Source: an uncultured Gammaproteobacteria bacterium (GTDB taxonomy: Bacteria > Patescibacteriota > Patescibacteriia > Patescibacteriales > UBA12465). From it: 64,000 bases of DNA. Shown here piece after piece: positions 45,814-55,175 of this stretch. The stretch covers positions 179,832 through 243,831 of the forward strand of contig CAZXEE010000001.1 in the NCBI GenBank assembly GCA_964639785.1. Reading direction: 5' to 3'. A program made the position numbers and the translations under genes. Within the stretch, counting starts at the first letter, position 1; each line of letters starts with the position of its first letter. The notes under the pieces are model-generated. The model saw only the letters and a list, made by a program, of their open reading frames with translations. It was not told the origin of the DNA and did no database searches.

Positions 45814-46122
45814 TTATTTGTTTTCTTTTTTTTCTTTTTCTTCTTTCTCTTTTTCCTTGGTTATCTTCTGCAGAGTATCTAGGCTGGCAATAACTTTGAA
45901 AAAATATTGCCATTTGGATCCGGTCTGGCATAATTCCTTGGTTTCATTCATCGCTTTCTCGACGGTATTCTTGTGATAGTCCCGGCAGATCTTAAAAACG
46001 GCTGAGCGCTTGAAGTCTGGGATAGACAGCTCTTTGATAATACGCAAAGCCAGGTCCTGCCATTCATAGGCGGGCGGTTTGACTGTTTTTCTAGATTTTA
46101 AGATGTCAGCCAGATTTTCCAT
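45814..46122 (-). CDS. Hypothetical protein with K/E-rich tail
   Basis: 102-aa ORF tightly packed upstream of def. C-terminus KEKEKEEKEKKENK. Confidence 0.45.
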   Translation of the reverse strand: MENLADILKSRKTVKPPAYEWQDLALRIIKELSIPDFKRSAVFKICRDYHKNTVEKAMNETKELCQTGSKWQYFFKVIASLDTLQKITKEKEKEEKEKKENK

Positions 46123-46129
46123 AATGTGA

Positions 46130-46927
46130 TTATTGTTCGATGTTCATGGCCATGGTTAGATAGCCGATGCCGATTTCAGTCTGGTAGGAAAGAACTTTTG
46201 GTTCGTATTCCAGGCCGTCTAATATTCCGAGCAGGACGCAGACTGATTTTAATCCGCACTCCATGGCATCTTTGACCAGCTTGTCATCCATTTGCAGGAC
46301 GTTCTCGCTGGCGCTCTCCGGCTGGTTCAGATATTCTATCAGCTTGTTATCGAATTTGGCTCCTTTGGCGCTATAACCTCCGGGCGAGCTGCGTTTCAGG
46401 CGATGGGAAAGATCAGCTGAAGCGATGACAGCTATCCGCTTATCTTGGCTGATAATGATATCTTTCAAAGCTTGGCCCAGGGCGAAATGGCTTTTCCGGT
46501 CTGAGACGGCATGCGAAAGAGAAATTATTTTGACATTTTTCAAAGCCGAAGACAAGAGCTGCAAAGGGATAGCCGATCCATAATCCAACTCTGCTTCGCT
46601 GCTGAGCTGGATTTCAAAATTATTCTTCAATGATTCTTTCAGTTCATGGGCTAAGATCATATCACCGCTGATCTGGCCGCGGGTAGCGAAGTCGCCGAAA
46701 TTAGCAAAGCCGATCTTGAACTCCGGGGCGCTATTTATTAGCCAGCCGTTTTCTGGAGAACTTAAGTGAGGTGAAATGATAATGATCGATTCTACTTTTT
46801 CAGCTTCTAATTGTTCGGCGATCTTCTGGTATGATTCGGTCGTCTTATCCAATATCAAATTATTGGCTTTGCCGATAGCCGGAATCAAAATCGGGGAATG
46901 CGGAGTAATGTATGAAGAAATCAGCAT
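46130..46927 (-). CDS. Class III extradiol dioxygenase (LigB/MEMO-like) family protein
   Basis: 265 aa. ITPHSPILIP, IIIISPH, VIASADLSHRL pattern. Family-level guess only. Confidence 0.5.
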   Translation of the reverse strand: MLISSYITPHSPILIPAIGKANNLILDKTTESYQKIAEQLEAEKVESIIIISPHLSSPENGWLINSAPEFKIGFANFGDFATRGQISGDMILAHELKESLKNNFEIQLSSEAELDYGSAIPLQLLSSALKNVKIISLSHAVSDRKSHFALGQALKDIIISQDKRIAVIASADLSHRLKRSSPGGYSAKGAKFDNKLIEYLNQPESASENVLQMDDKLVKDAMECGLKSVCVLLGILDGLEYEPKVLSYQTEIGIGYLTMAMNIEQ

Positions 46928-46928
46928 A

Positions 46929-48419
46929 TTATTCGGTAATTGGAGGCAGGCTGACAGCTGAGCCGAGCGGATAGAGGGATAATAGCTGAGGGGAAACGGT
47001 GATAACGTTGTTCCAGTTATATCCTAAGGTTTCGAAAGTCTTGCCAGAATCGAAAGGTCGCTTCTGTCCGTTGTCGATCAGATAGACAGCCGGTGAAGCG
47101 TTGGACTTTAATAATTCGCCATTACCGAAGAGTACCGGAGCGATCTTGGTGTATTTAGCTAAAGTTGTTTCGCTGGCCTTGGTTATCCTTTTACCTTTGA
47201 ATTTAGTACTTAACAAAACCTTATCGACAAGGGGAGCCTTGGTATTGTCTTGGACGAAATAGACTCCGCCATTCTTGGTGCTCTGCATCAAGGTGCCGGT
47301 GATATTGGTGGAAGTGGCAGTCAGGTTGGCACCATTGCTATAGCCGGCTAGATCGCTGGCCGGAGCTTCAACGATCTCGTCTGGGTTGAAGCCGATTTTC
47401 TTGAAAGCTTCATTATTGACTATCAATCTCTTGGTGTTGTCGACTAGCAGATAGCGTTTTCCGTCAGGAATTTGGATGATGGAGTAGTTCGGGAATTTGA
47501 TCGGATCGCCTTTTTCATAGTTGTCCATAACGCTCTTTTCGACTAAGATGATCTTTTTTTCATCAAAACGGGTGTTCAAAGCGCCGCGGCTAGTGAATGG
47601 TCTTTTCTTGCCGCCGTCGATCAGCCAGACGCCGACTTCGCCGTTGACTCGCAAAAGGGAACCGTCAGGATAGACTACCGGGTTCTTCGGGAAGTATTTT
47701 TTCCAAAGCTTGAAGAAATTATAGTTGCCATTGAAGACATGCGGAGTGTAATTGTATAGTCCGGCGGTAGCGGCGTTTTCAATAGTGACGCTCATCGGTT
47801 CGTTAGTCACGGCTCCGTATGGATTAGTGAAGGTATAGGTGTTGCCAGCTTTATATTTGTAACCATTAGGATGATCGATATAGTAGCGGAATTGCAGGGC
47901 AGCGCTGTTAACCTGTTTGCCAAAGCCTTTGTAGTATGGGTTACAGGCCCAATTATCCGGGCAGCCATAGCCGGTAGCCCAGTCTAATTGGCTCTGTTTC
48001 GGATTAGTATCATTTATCAAGCTCTGTTCTTTCTGCAGCAGGACTAACAGGAATTTAGGGTTGACGGTGGTGACATGGCGGCATTTTAATTTTTTTTCAG
48101 CCTCGGTCGGTGAATCGCTTAATTCGACGCCATCGCAGTCATAGTTGGCTGTGGCCGCCTCATAGATGATCTCAGCGGCTGTCTTGTTTGGAGTGCCGTG
48201 GGAATTATAGGTGGAATATCCGGCCAGGAAGCTGTTCTGTTTGTTAAGGAAGCTCTGGATCTCATTTAAGCTCATGCTGTTAGTGTTCAAGACTTCGGCA
48301 TCGCTGACAATCCGGCCCGGATTGAATTCTGGGTCGATTTCGGTTTGGGCCATTAGGCTCAAAGGGGAAAATAACAGGATAAAGGCGGAAACTAGGCTGA
48401 TTTTAGCGATTTTGTTCAT
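46929..48419 (-). CDS. Secreted protein with N-terminal conserved domain and four ~55-aa C-terminal repeats
   Basis: Signal peptide MNKIAKISLVSAFILLFSPLSLMAQ. Repeats of type G.VYLID.G.KRPF.S...F..LGY. The track start 48500 lies inside the clpB terminator, so ATG 48419 is used. Confidence 0.6.
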   Translation of the reverse strand: MNKIAKISLVSAFILLFSPLSLMAQTEIDPEFNPGRIVSDAEVLNTNSMSLNEIQSFLNKQNSFLAGYSTYNSHGTPNKTAAEIIYEAATANYDCDGVELSDSPTEAEKKLKCRHVTTVNPKFLLVLLQKEQSLINDTNPKQSQLDWATGYGCPDNWACNPYYKGFGKQVNSAALQFRYYIDHPNGYKYKAGNTYTFTNPYGAVTNEPMSVTIENAATAGLYNYTPHVFNGNYNFFKLWKKYFPKNPVVYPDGSLLRVNGEVGVWLIDGGKKRPFTSRGALNTRFDEKKIILVEKSVMDNYEKGDPIKFPNYSIIQIPDGKRYLLVDNTKRLIVNNEAFKKIGFNPDEIVEAPASDLAGYSNGANLTATSTNITGTLMQSTKNGGVYFVQDNTKAPLVDKVLLSTKFKGKRITKASETTLAKYTKIAPVLFGNGELLKSNASPAVYLIDNGQKRPFDSGKTFETLGYNWNNVITVSPQLLSLYPLGSAVSLPPITE

Positions 48420-48480
48420 GTATTTAAAGATTATTTTTATTATCTTTATATTATAATATATTTTTTCGATTTTGGAAAAG

Positions 48481-48512
48481 AAAAACACGCCGGTTTCCAA
48501 TTAGGCGTGCTT
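48481..48512 (-). terminator. Terminator after clpB
   Basis: CACGCC-N12-GGCGTG hairpin with a T-run on the minus strand. Confidence 0.55.
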
Positions 48513-48524
48513 TCCTTTATCTTA

Positions 48525-51173
48525 TTATTTTACGGTCATGACGACTTCATTTTTGACGCCTAGGTCGATAGTGACTTTGTCGCCGTCATTTATTTTGCCT
48601 TCAACGATGTTTAAGGCCAGTTCATCCAAGATCATATTCTGGATAATCCGTTTGAGTGGACGGGCGCCGAAGGTAATGTCATAGCCTTTTTCAGCCAGCA
48701 TCTTCTTGACTTTCTGGCCGATCTTGAGAGTGATATTCCGGCTCAGCAATCTGGTTTCTACTTTTTGCAATTCTAGATCGACGATATTGATCAAGGCTTC
48801 GCGGCTCAGGCTCTTGAAGAGAACCGTTTCGTCGATTCGATTCAGGAATTCCAGCTTGAAGTACTCCCTTAGTATCTTGTCGATCTTTTCCTTCATTTCG
48901 ATATTATGGGTCTTGGTAGCGGAAGCTTCGTCAGTCGAGCCGCTGAAACCGATGGAATATTGCTTGATGACTTCGTTGCCTAAATTGGAGGTCATGATGA
49001 TGATGGTATTCTTGAAATTGACTACCCGTCCCTTGGAATCGGTCAGGCGGCCGTCATCTAATATCTGCAAGAGCATGTTGAAAGTTTCAGGATGGGCCTT
49101 CTCAATCTCATCGAAGAGGACGACGCTATATGGACGGCGACGGATCTTCTCGGTCAATTGTCCGCCCTCATCGTGGCCGATATAGCCTGGAGGTGAACCG
49201 ATCAGCTTGGCCACGCTATGCTTTTCCATGAATTCGCTCATGTCTAAGCGGACTAAGGCATTTTCGTCATTGAACATGAATTTAGCCAAGGCTTTAGCTA
49301 ATTCCGTTTTGCCGACTCCGGTCGGACCGACGAACAGGAAAGAGCCGATCGGCTTCTTTTCTTCGTTGATGCCGGCACGGGAACGGCGCAGAGCATTGGA
49401 TACGGCATGGATAGCCTCGTCTTGCCCGACGACTACTTGCTTCAATTCATCTTCGGCGTGAGCTAGCTTTTTGATCTCGCTTTCCAACATCTTTTGGACG
49501 GGGATTCCAGTCCAGCGGGAAACGACGCGAGCGATATCTTCTTCGTCTACCTCTTCCTTTAATATCCGTTGGCCTTTCTTCTGGATTTTGATTAGCTCAG
49601 CCTCCTGGCTGCTGATTTCTTTTTCCAATTTCGGGATCAAGTCATATTTGATCTGGGCGACCTTAGTCAGGTCGTCGCCGCGGCGTTGGATGATCTCGGC
49701 ATTGGCTTTCAGTTCATCAATTTTCTTTTTACTGTCGCGGATACGGGAAATGACATTCTTTTCATTCTGCCAATGGAGCTCGAGCTGATTAGCTTTTTCT
49801 TTGAGCTCGCCGAGCTGTTTGTTGATGTTGCGGATTTTTCCAGCATCACTTTTTGAATCTTCCTTGTTGGATGCCAATCCGGCTTTGACTATTTCCAATC
49901 TCTTGATCTCTCTTTTCAGGTTGTCTAATTCTTCCGGCATGGAATCGATTTCCATACGTAGGGAAGAGGTGGCTTCGTCGATCAGGTCGACGGCTTTGTC
50001 CGGCAGGAAGCGGTCGCTGATGTATCTAGTGGAAAGCTCGGCAGCGGCAACTAAAGCGTTGTCGGTGATGCGGACGCCATGGTGGACTTCATATTTTTCC
50101 TTGATGCCGCGCAAGATAGCGACCGTGTCTTCAATGGTCGGTTCGGCGACATAAATTGGTTGGAAACGTCTTTCCAGGGCTTGGTCTTTCTCGATATATT
50201 TTTGGTATTCTTTGGTGGTCGTGGCTCCGATAGTCCGGAGTTCGCCGCGAGCGAGTACCGGCTTCAGCATATTGGAAGCGTCCATTGAGCCTTCGGAAGC
50301 TCCGGCTCCGACTAAAGTATGCAACTCATCAATGAAAAGGATGATCTTGTCGCCGTGCGATTTGATTTCCTTGAGGACGGCTTTTAAACGCTCTTCGAAT
50401 TCGCCGCGGAATTTGGCTCCGGCTACTAAGGCGCCTAAGTCCAGGGATACGATTTCTTTATTCTTTAGCATTTCCGGAATATCGCCAGCTACGATTCTTT
50501 GTGCCAAGCCTTCAACGATAGCGGTCTTGCCAGTTCCGGCTTCACCGATCAATACTGGATTATTCTTGGTGCGGCGCAAGAGCACTTGCATGATGCGGCG
50601 GATCTCGGTATCGCGGCCGATGACCGGGTCGAGCTTTTCTTCCCGGGCTTTGTCGGTGAGGTTAGTGGTATATTTTTCTAGCACCTTGAACTTGGTGTCA
50701 GGATCCGGATCGGTGATCGGGGCATTGCCGCGCAGTTCTTTCAAGACGTCCATCACTTTCTGATAGTCCAGGTGGAAGTTCAAGAGGATTTTCTGGGCAG
50801 CCGTGGCTGAACCGATGAGAGCTAACAGGATGTGTTCGGTGGAAATATATTCATCACCCATGCCGTCAGCCTCTTTCTTGGAACGTTCCAAGACCATGGC
50901 CACATCATTAGTACCTTGGACAGCTTGGACCGGACCCTCGGTCGGGGTGGTTTTCACTTTCGGCAGCTTGTCGATTTCGCGGATAGTAAAATCTTCCAGG
51001 ATATCCGGATCGGCTTTCAGTTTTTCCAAGATTGGCTTGATCAAGCTCTCGTTCTGTTGCAGTAGGGCTAGCAAGAGGTGCAGGGCCTCGATATATTGCT
51101 GGCCGGATTCTTGGGCGATGACTTGGGCATTGATGATCGCTTCCTGGGATTTGTTGGTAAATTTATTGAACAT
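48525..51173 (-). CDS. clpB: ATP-dependent chaperone/disaggregase ClpB
   Basis: 882 aa. Clp_N repeats; D1 [16 protein letters not shown] / [14 protein letters not shown]; long coiled-coil M-domain; D2 [15 protein letters not shown] / [10 protein letters not shown]. Confidence 0.93.
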   Translation of the reverse strand: MFNKFTNKSQEAIINAQVIAQESGQQYIEALHLLLALLQQNESLIKPILEKLKADPDILEDFTIREIDKLPKVKTTPTEGPVQAVQGTNDVAMVLERSKKEADGMGDEYISTEHILLALIGSATAAQKILLNFHLDYQKVMDVLKELRGNAPITDPDPDTKFKVLEKYTTNLTDKAREEKLDPVIGRDTEIRRIMQVLLRRTKNNPVLIGEAGTGKTAIVEGLAQRIVAGDIPEMLKNKEIVSLDLGALVAGAKFRGEFEERLKAVLKEIKSHGDKIILFIDELHTLVGAGASEGSMDASNMLKPVLARGELRTIGATTTKEYQKYIEKDQALERRFQPIYVAEPTIEDTVAILRGIKEKYEVHHGVRITDNALVAAAELSTRYISDRFLPDKAVDLIDEATSSLRMEIDSMPEELDNLKREIKRLEIVKAGLASNKEDSKSDAGKIRNINKQLGELKEKANQLELHWQNEKNVISRIRDSKKKIDELKANAEIIQRRGDDLTKVAQIKYDLIPKLEKEISSQEAELIKIQKKGQRILKEEVDEEDIARVVSRWTGIPVQKMLESEIKKLAHAEDELKQVVVGQDEAIHAVSNALRRSRAGINEEKKPIGSFLFVGPTGVGKTELAKALAKFMFNDENALVRLDMSEFMEKHSVAKLIGSPPGYIGHDEGGQLTEKIRRRPYSVVLFDEIEKAHPETFNMLLQILDDGRLTDSKGRVVNFKNTIIIMTSNLGNEVIKQYSIGFSGSTDEASATKTHNIEMKEKIDKILREYFKLEFLNRIDETVLFKSLSREALINIVDLELQKVETRLLSRNITLKIGQKVKKMLAEKGYDITFGARPLKRIIQNMILDELALNIVEGKINDGDKVTIDLGVKNEVVMTVK

Positions 51174-51198
51174 ATATTGATTTTATTATTATTTATTG

Positions 51199-51225
51199 TT
51201 AGCACTCGAGGCAATGGAGTGCTAA
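51199..51225. promoter_or_regulatory. CIRCE operator (HrcA binding site) upstream of clpB
   Basis: TTAGCACTC-gaggcaatg-GAGTGCTAA. Perfect match to the consensus TTAGCACTC-N9-GAGTGCTAA, 26 nt upstream of the clpB start. Confidence 0.85.
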
Positions 51226-51229
51226 TAGC

Positions 51230-51258
51230 AATATAGTATATATAATGAGGGGTGTCAA
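51230..51258 (-). promoter_or_regulatory. Sigma70-type promoter of clpB
   Basis: Minus strand: TTGACA (51253-51258), 17-nt spacer, TATATT (51230-51235), immediately followed by CIRCE. Confidence 0.55.
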
Positions 51259-51278
51259 TATAGGCTTGGCTTGGAGGA

Positions 51279-51309
51279 CAAAAAAACGGAGCTTTATTTC
51301 AAGCTCCGT
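51279..51309 (-). terminator. Terminator of the 88-aa gene
   Basis: ACGGAGCTT-N6-AAGCTCCGT followed by T7 on the minus strand. Confidence 0.65.
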
Positions 51310-51334
51310 TATTCGGTGGGTAAATATTATGTGT

Positions 51335-51601
51335 CTATTCGGATCTCTCTTCGCTAGCGTCGATCTCTTCTTTGGATTTTTCGATATCCACTAAGAGTTC
51401 GCCATCAGCGCCGGAGATAGTGACGCGGTAAGCATTCTTGATTTCACCGAAGGCATCGGCTACCCGGGATAATGCTTCCGGATTGTCCAATTTTTCTTCA
51501 TCGATGAAGACCTTCATGCCTTGTTCCTCGAGTTCTTTCTTTAGTCCCATGATCTTATCTTTTAGATTCTCATTACTGTTGTTTGGTTGCTCGAAATTCA
51601 T
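51335..51601 (-). CDS. Hypothetical acidic protein
   Basis: 88-aa ORF with promoter (TTGACA 51693-51698, TATATT 51670-51675 on minus) and terminator. Confidence 0.45.
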   Translation of the reverse strand: MNFEQPNNSNENLKDKIMGLKKELEEQGMKVFIDEEKLDNPEALSRVADAFGEIKNAYRVTISGADGELLVDIEKSKEEIDASEERSE

Positions 51602-51775
51602 AATATTTGTTAGAAGCTAGATAGCCTTGGTGGATATTTAGCTTTTTTATTTATTTTAAAGATGATATCAATATATCATTTTTTTATTATTTTGTCAATA
51701 GTTTTGGTTTTTATTTGGATTTATGCTATCATTATTATATATTTTAGCGCACTTTGGCGCCTCTGTCTAACTTTT

Positions 51776-52141
51776 ATGAATAAGAGTCATTTCTTGATCT
51801 ATTTGCCTAAGATCATCTTGCAGATCCTGCGGGATTTTGTTTATTTCCCGTTCTGGTGGTATAGCATCGGCCTGTGGCGGACCTTATTGCGAGTCGGTAA
51901 TTTTTTGCGAGAACAACAGATTAGCCTGGGCTTGGGGGTCTGGGTCAAGAATCTATTTACTCCGATGTATGGCCAGCGGGATATAACTGGCAAGCTCATC
52001 AGTTTCTTTATCCGTTTGATTCAGATTTTCGTTCGCAGCTTGCTGATGCTTTTCTGGCTGGTCCTATCTTTAATTTTTATTGCTTTCTGGCTTTTGTTGC
52101 CACCGCTGGTTATCGGCGGCATATTATATCAATTCTTATAA
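51776..52141 (+). CDS. Small membrane protein upstream of the membrane-anchored Clp ATPase
   Basis: ATG 51776 (MNKSHF) preferred, because the track start 51662 overlaps the divergent promoter. Hydrophobic C-terminal helices. 6-nt gap to the next gene. Confidence 0.5.
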   Translation: MNKSHFLIYLPKIILQILRDFVYFPFWWYSIGLWRTLLRVGNFLREQQISLGLGVWVKNLFTPMYGQRDITGKLISFFIRLIQIFVRSLLMLFWLVLSLIFIAFWLLLPPLVIGGILYQFL

Positions 52142-52147
52142 TCTTAT

Positions 52148-54727
52148 ATGGATAATCCAACGCCAATTTTATTCTGGGGCCTTGACTTGAGCCGTTCTTC
52201 GATCGCTTTGAAGCGGTTGAAGGCTAAGTTCGATGTGGTCGTTAACTTGTTGGCAGCCCTGTTCGGATTGGGAGGTTTGGCTAGTTTGGCATATTGGGTT
52301 TATCTGCATCAGGATTGGGCTTTAGCTCCGATCCAATTCCTATCTTTCTATAAGGATCACAGCGTCTGGCTGTTACTGTTTTTCATATCGATAATTTTCG
52401 ATATGTTTTTGTATTATCGGGCGAGTGAGAACAAGGCTAATAAGATCAAGATTAATCATCGCAGTCGTCGCCAGAAGATCGAAGTTTCATCCGGCCTATC
52501 TGGCCATTCTTTGCATTTAGTTGAAGACGCTTATCTCTTGGCGGCTAAATTGAAACAGACAGAAGTTACCGCTCGCCATATCTTCCGCGCGGTATTGACC
52601 GATAGGGAAGTCAAAGTTCTCTTGGTCCGTCTGGATATCGATCTGCGGACCTTGGTTGATAAATTGAAAAATTATTTGTCGGGTAATGATGGCGACAAGC
52701 TGAAAGGATTTTCGGAAGAGTCCCAGTCTTTATTGGTGCGAGCTTATGAATCAGCTTGGAATGAAAAGCGATTGAGCGTTGATGCTTTGGATCTTTTTTT
52801 CTGGTCTTATAGCCAGGATGAATTATTGCAGGAGATACTTTATGACCAGGAAATCACCGCCAACAAGATTGCTAATGCCATTAAGTGGTTCCGGGTGAAC
52901 GAACAGATGCGTATTAATTATTTGGCCTATCGGAAGATGGCTCGGCTCAAGCCGGGAAGCGGCATGAATCGGGCCTATACCGCAGTGGCTACTCCGACCT
53001 TGGATCATTTTTCCCATGACCTGACCTTGATGGCCAAGTATGGTTACTTGGAAATCTGCGTGTCTCGAGAAAAGGAAATCAAGGCTATCTTTGAAGCGAT
53101 GGAAAGCGGCCACACCGGAGTCCTGCTAGTCGGTCCGACCGGCGTGGGTAAACGGACTATTATCGAAGGCTTGGCACAATTGATGGTCAAGGAAGAAGTC
53201 CCGGTGTTTTTGAAGGACAAGCGCTTGGTGGAATTAGATATTTCTCGTTTGGTTGGCGGTACTTCTCCGGCTGAGGCTCAGGATAGATTATTGAATGTCA
53301 TGGGTGAGGCCATGCATTCTCGGAACGTTATCTTGTTTATCGACAACATCGAAACTATCATAGGAATCTCTTCCGGCGCTGAGGGCAGCTTAGAATTATC
53401 CGAGGTCTTGTCCGATGCCTTGAGCCGCCAGAGCATCTTCTGTTTGGCTTGCGCTTCTAGTGAGAATTATTCTAAATACATCGAAGAAAAATCTTTGGGT
53501 GAAATCATGACGACTGTCGGTGTCAGTGAACCGGACCATGATCAGGCTATCCAGATCTTGGAAAGCAAGGCCGGATTTTTGGAAGGGAAATACAATGTCT
53601 ATATCAACTATCATGCTATCGAGCAGGCCGTTGATCTGTCATCCAGATATATCAATGACAAGTTCTTGCCGGACAAGGCGATTAATATCTTGCAATTGAC
53701 TGCGGTCAAAGTGGGTAAGACGGGTAAGGATATGGCTTTCTGTGGCCAGGATGATATTGCAGCTGTCATTTCCGAGCAGACTGGAATTCCGGTTTCCAAG
53801 GTGAGTGAAAATGAGACCCAGAAACTATTATCTTTGGAAGATAACATCCATTCCCGGATGATCGGCCAAGAAGAAGCGGTTACCGCTATCTCCGGTAGCT
53901 TGCGCCGAGCTCGGGCTGAATTGAGAGAAAGCAAGCGGCCGATAGCCAGTTTCTTGTTCTTGGGACCGACTGGTGTGGGTAAGACGGAGTTGGCCAAGAC
54001 TGTGGCCGAAGTTTATTTTGGCGATGAGAACTATATGATCCGTTTGGATATGAGTGAGTATCAGTTGGCTGATAGCGTCAAGAAGATGATCGGCGATCCG
54101 ACCTCCGGTTCCTTGGGTTATTTAACCGAAGCGGTGCGGAAGAAACCGTTTTCTTTGGTGCTCCTAGATGAAATCGAAAAAGCCCATCCGGATGTCTTGA
54201 ATCTGTTCCTGCAGATGATGGATGACGGACGGTTGACTGACGGCCAGGGAAGGACGATAAATTTCACTAACTCGATTATCGTGGCTACTTCCAATGCCGG
54301 TGCTTTGTATATCGAAGATGCGGTATCTAAAGAGGTCAGCATGAATGTTATCAAGCAGGAGTTGATTGATAACCAACTTAATAAGGTGATGCGACCGGAA
54401 TTGATTAATCGTTTCGATGGTATCGTCGTCTTCAAGCCTTTGAGCTTTGATAATGTGGTGGCGGTTACTAAGCTGATGCTTAACAAGATCAAGAAAAATC
54501 TGGAACCGAAAGGCGTCGACTTGGTCGCTAGCGAAGAGGGTGTCAGAGAACTGGCTCGCCAAGGCTATGATCCGAAATTCGGAGCCCGGCCATTGCGTCG
54601 TTTGCTACAAGACAAGACTGAGAATCAGATTGCTAATCTGTTCTTGTCCCATTCCATCAAGCGTCGGGACATTGTCGTCATCGATGAGAAGGGTGATGTG
54701 CAGGTAGAGAAGGGGCGGGAGTTATAA
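52148..54727 (+). CDS. Membrane-anchored Clp/Hsp100-family AAA+ ATPase with degenerate D1
   Basis: 859 aa. Two N-terminal TM helices and Clp_N-like repeats. D1 is GPTGVGKRT / ILFIDNIE (non-canonical). D2 is [12 protein letters not shown] / VLLDEIEKAH (canonical). Confidence 0.8.
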   Translation: MDNPTPILFWGLDLSRSSIALKRLKAKFDVVVNLLAALFGLGGLASLAYWVYLHQDWALAPIQFLSFYKDHSVWLLLFFISIIFDMFLYYRASENKANKIKINHRSRRQKIEVSSGLSGHSLHLVEDAYLLAAKLKQTEVTARHIFRAVLTDREVKVLLVRLDIDLRTLVDKLKNYLSGNDGDKLKGFSEESQSLLVRAYESAWNEKRLSVDALDLFFWSYSQDELLQEILYDQEITANKIANAIKWFRVNEQMRINYLAYRKMARLKPGSGMNRAYTAVATPTLDHFSHDLTLMAKYGYLEICVSREKEIKAIFEAMESGHTGVLLVGPTGVGKRTIIEGLAQLMVKEEVPVFLKDKRLVELDISRLVGGTSPAEAQDRLLNVMGEAMHSRNVILFIDNIETIIGISSGAEGSLELSEVLSDALSRQSIFCLACASSENYSKYIEEKSLGEIMTTVGVSEPDHDQAIQILESKAGFLEGKYNVYINYHAIEQAVDLSSRYINDKFLPDKAINILQLTAVKVGKTGKDMAFCGQDDIAAVISEQTGIPVSKVSENETQKLLSLEDNIHSRMIGQEEAVTAISGSLRRARAELRESKRPIASFLFLGPTGVGKTELAKTVAEVYFGDENYMIRLDMSEYQLADSVKKMIGDPTSGSLGYLTEAVRKKPFSLVLLDEIEKAHPDVLNLFLQMMDDGRLTDGQGRTINFTNSIIVATSNAGALYIEDAVSKEVSMNVIKQELIDNQLNKVMRPELINRFDGIVVFKPLSFDNVVAVTKLMLNKIKKNLEPKGVDLVASEEGVRELARQGYDPKFGARPLRRLLQDKTENQIANLFLSHSIKRRDIVVIDEKGDVQVEKGREL

Positions 54728-54757
54728 TCAGGTCAATATATTTTTTGGATAAGAAAA

Positions 54758-54790
54758 AAGGAAGCATTTTTTGCTTCCTTCTTTTTTTGT
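54758..54790. terminator. Bidirectional terminator
   Basis: AAGGAAGC-N7-GCTTCCTT flanked by A- and T-runs. Confidence 0.65.
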
Positions 54791-54797
54791 TTTTTGT

Positions 54798-55079
54798 TTA
54801 GGCGACTTCTTTAGCCTTTTTTTTATCACGGTAGATAATGGCTAGGATTTTTTGTTGTCGTAAGACCTCTTTGAAGTATTCTAAATTTTTGGAATCCTCT
54901 GCCTTCTTTAAATCCTCAATTAAGTTGAGGATGCTATCGATGGCTGAATGGTATTTTTTTAGTTCTTCAATTGGAGTTTCTTCGGCCATCTTTTGTAGCC
55001 ATTCGAACTCAGCTAGTTCTTTGCAAGTTTTGTTCTCGACCCATTGCCATATGGGCAGTCCTCCGGTGTGATCTTCCAT
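54798..55079 (-). CDS. Hypothetical protein
   Basis: 93-aa ORF. No domain recognised. Confidence 0.4.
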   Translation of the reverse strand: MEDHTGGLPIWQWVENKTCKELAEFEWLQKMAEETPIEELKKYHSAIDSILNLIEDLKKAEDSKNLEYFKEVLRQQKILAIIYRDKKKAKEVA

Positions 55080-55175
55080 TAGGTGCTTTTTTATCAGGTT
55101 AATAATTAATTGTGAATTTACATCTTGTATATTCTAACAAAAATCGGCTATAATGTCAATGAATAAATAAAAGAT

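Noticed and set aside
45791-45850. Long polypyrimidine (T/C) tract that might be a repeat or regulatory element
   Set aside because: It is the reverse complement of the K/E-rich C-terminal tail (KEKEKEEKEKKENK) of the 102-aa ORF. It is coding low complexity.
48420-48500. Upstream TTG start of the 523-aa ORF (METGVFFFSKIEKIYYNIKIIK...)
   Set aside because: It overlaps the clpB terminator and an AT-rich promoter-like stretch. A canonical signal peptide starts at ATG 48419.
48706-50763. Series of plus-strand ORFs (48706-49185, 49207-49461, 49471-49788, 49801-50154, 50212-50763) inside clpB; similar sets lie inside the Clp-like gene, dnaB, gatB, thyX and the T9SS genes
   Set aside because: They are antisense shadow ORFs within strongly supported genes. 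They are Ser/Arg/Leu-rich and have no motifs or independent signals.
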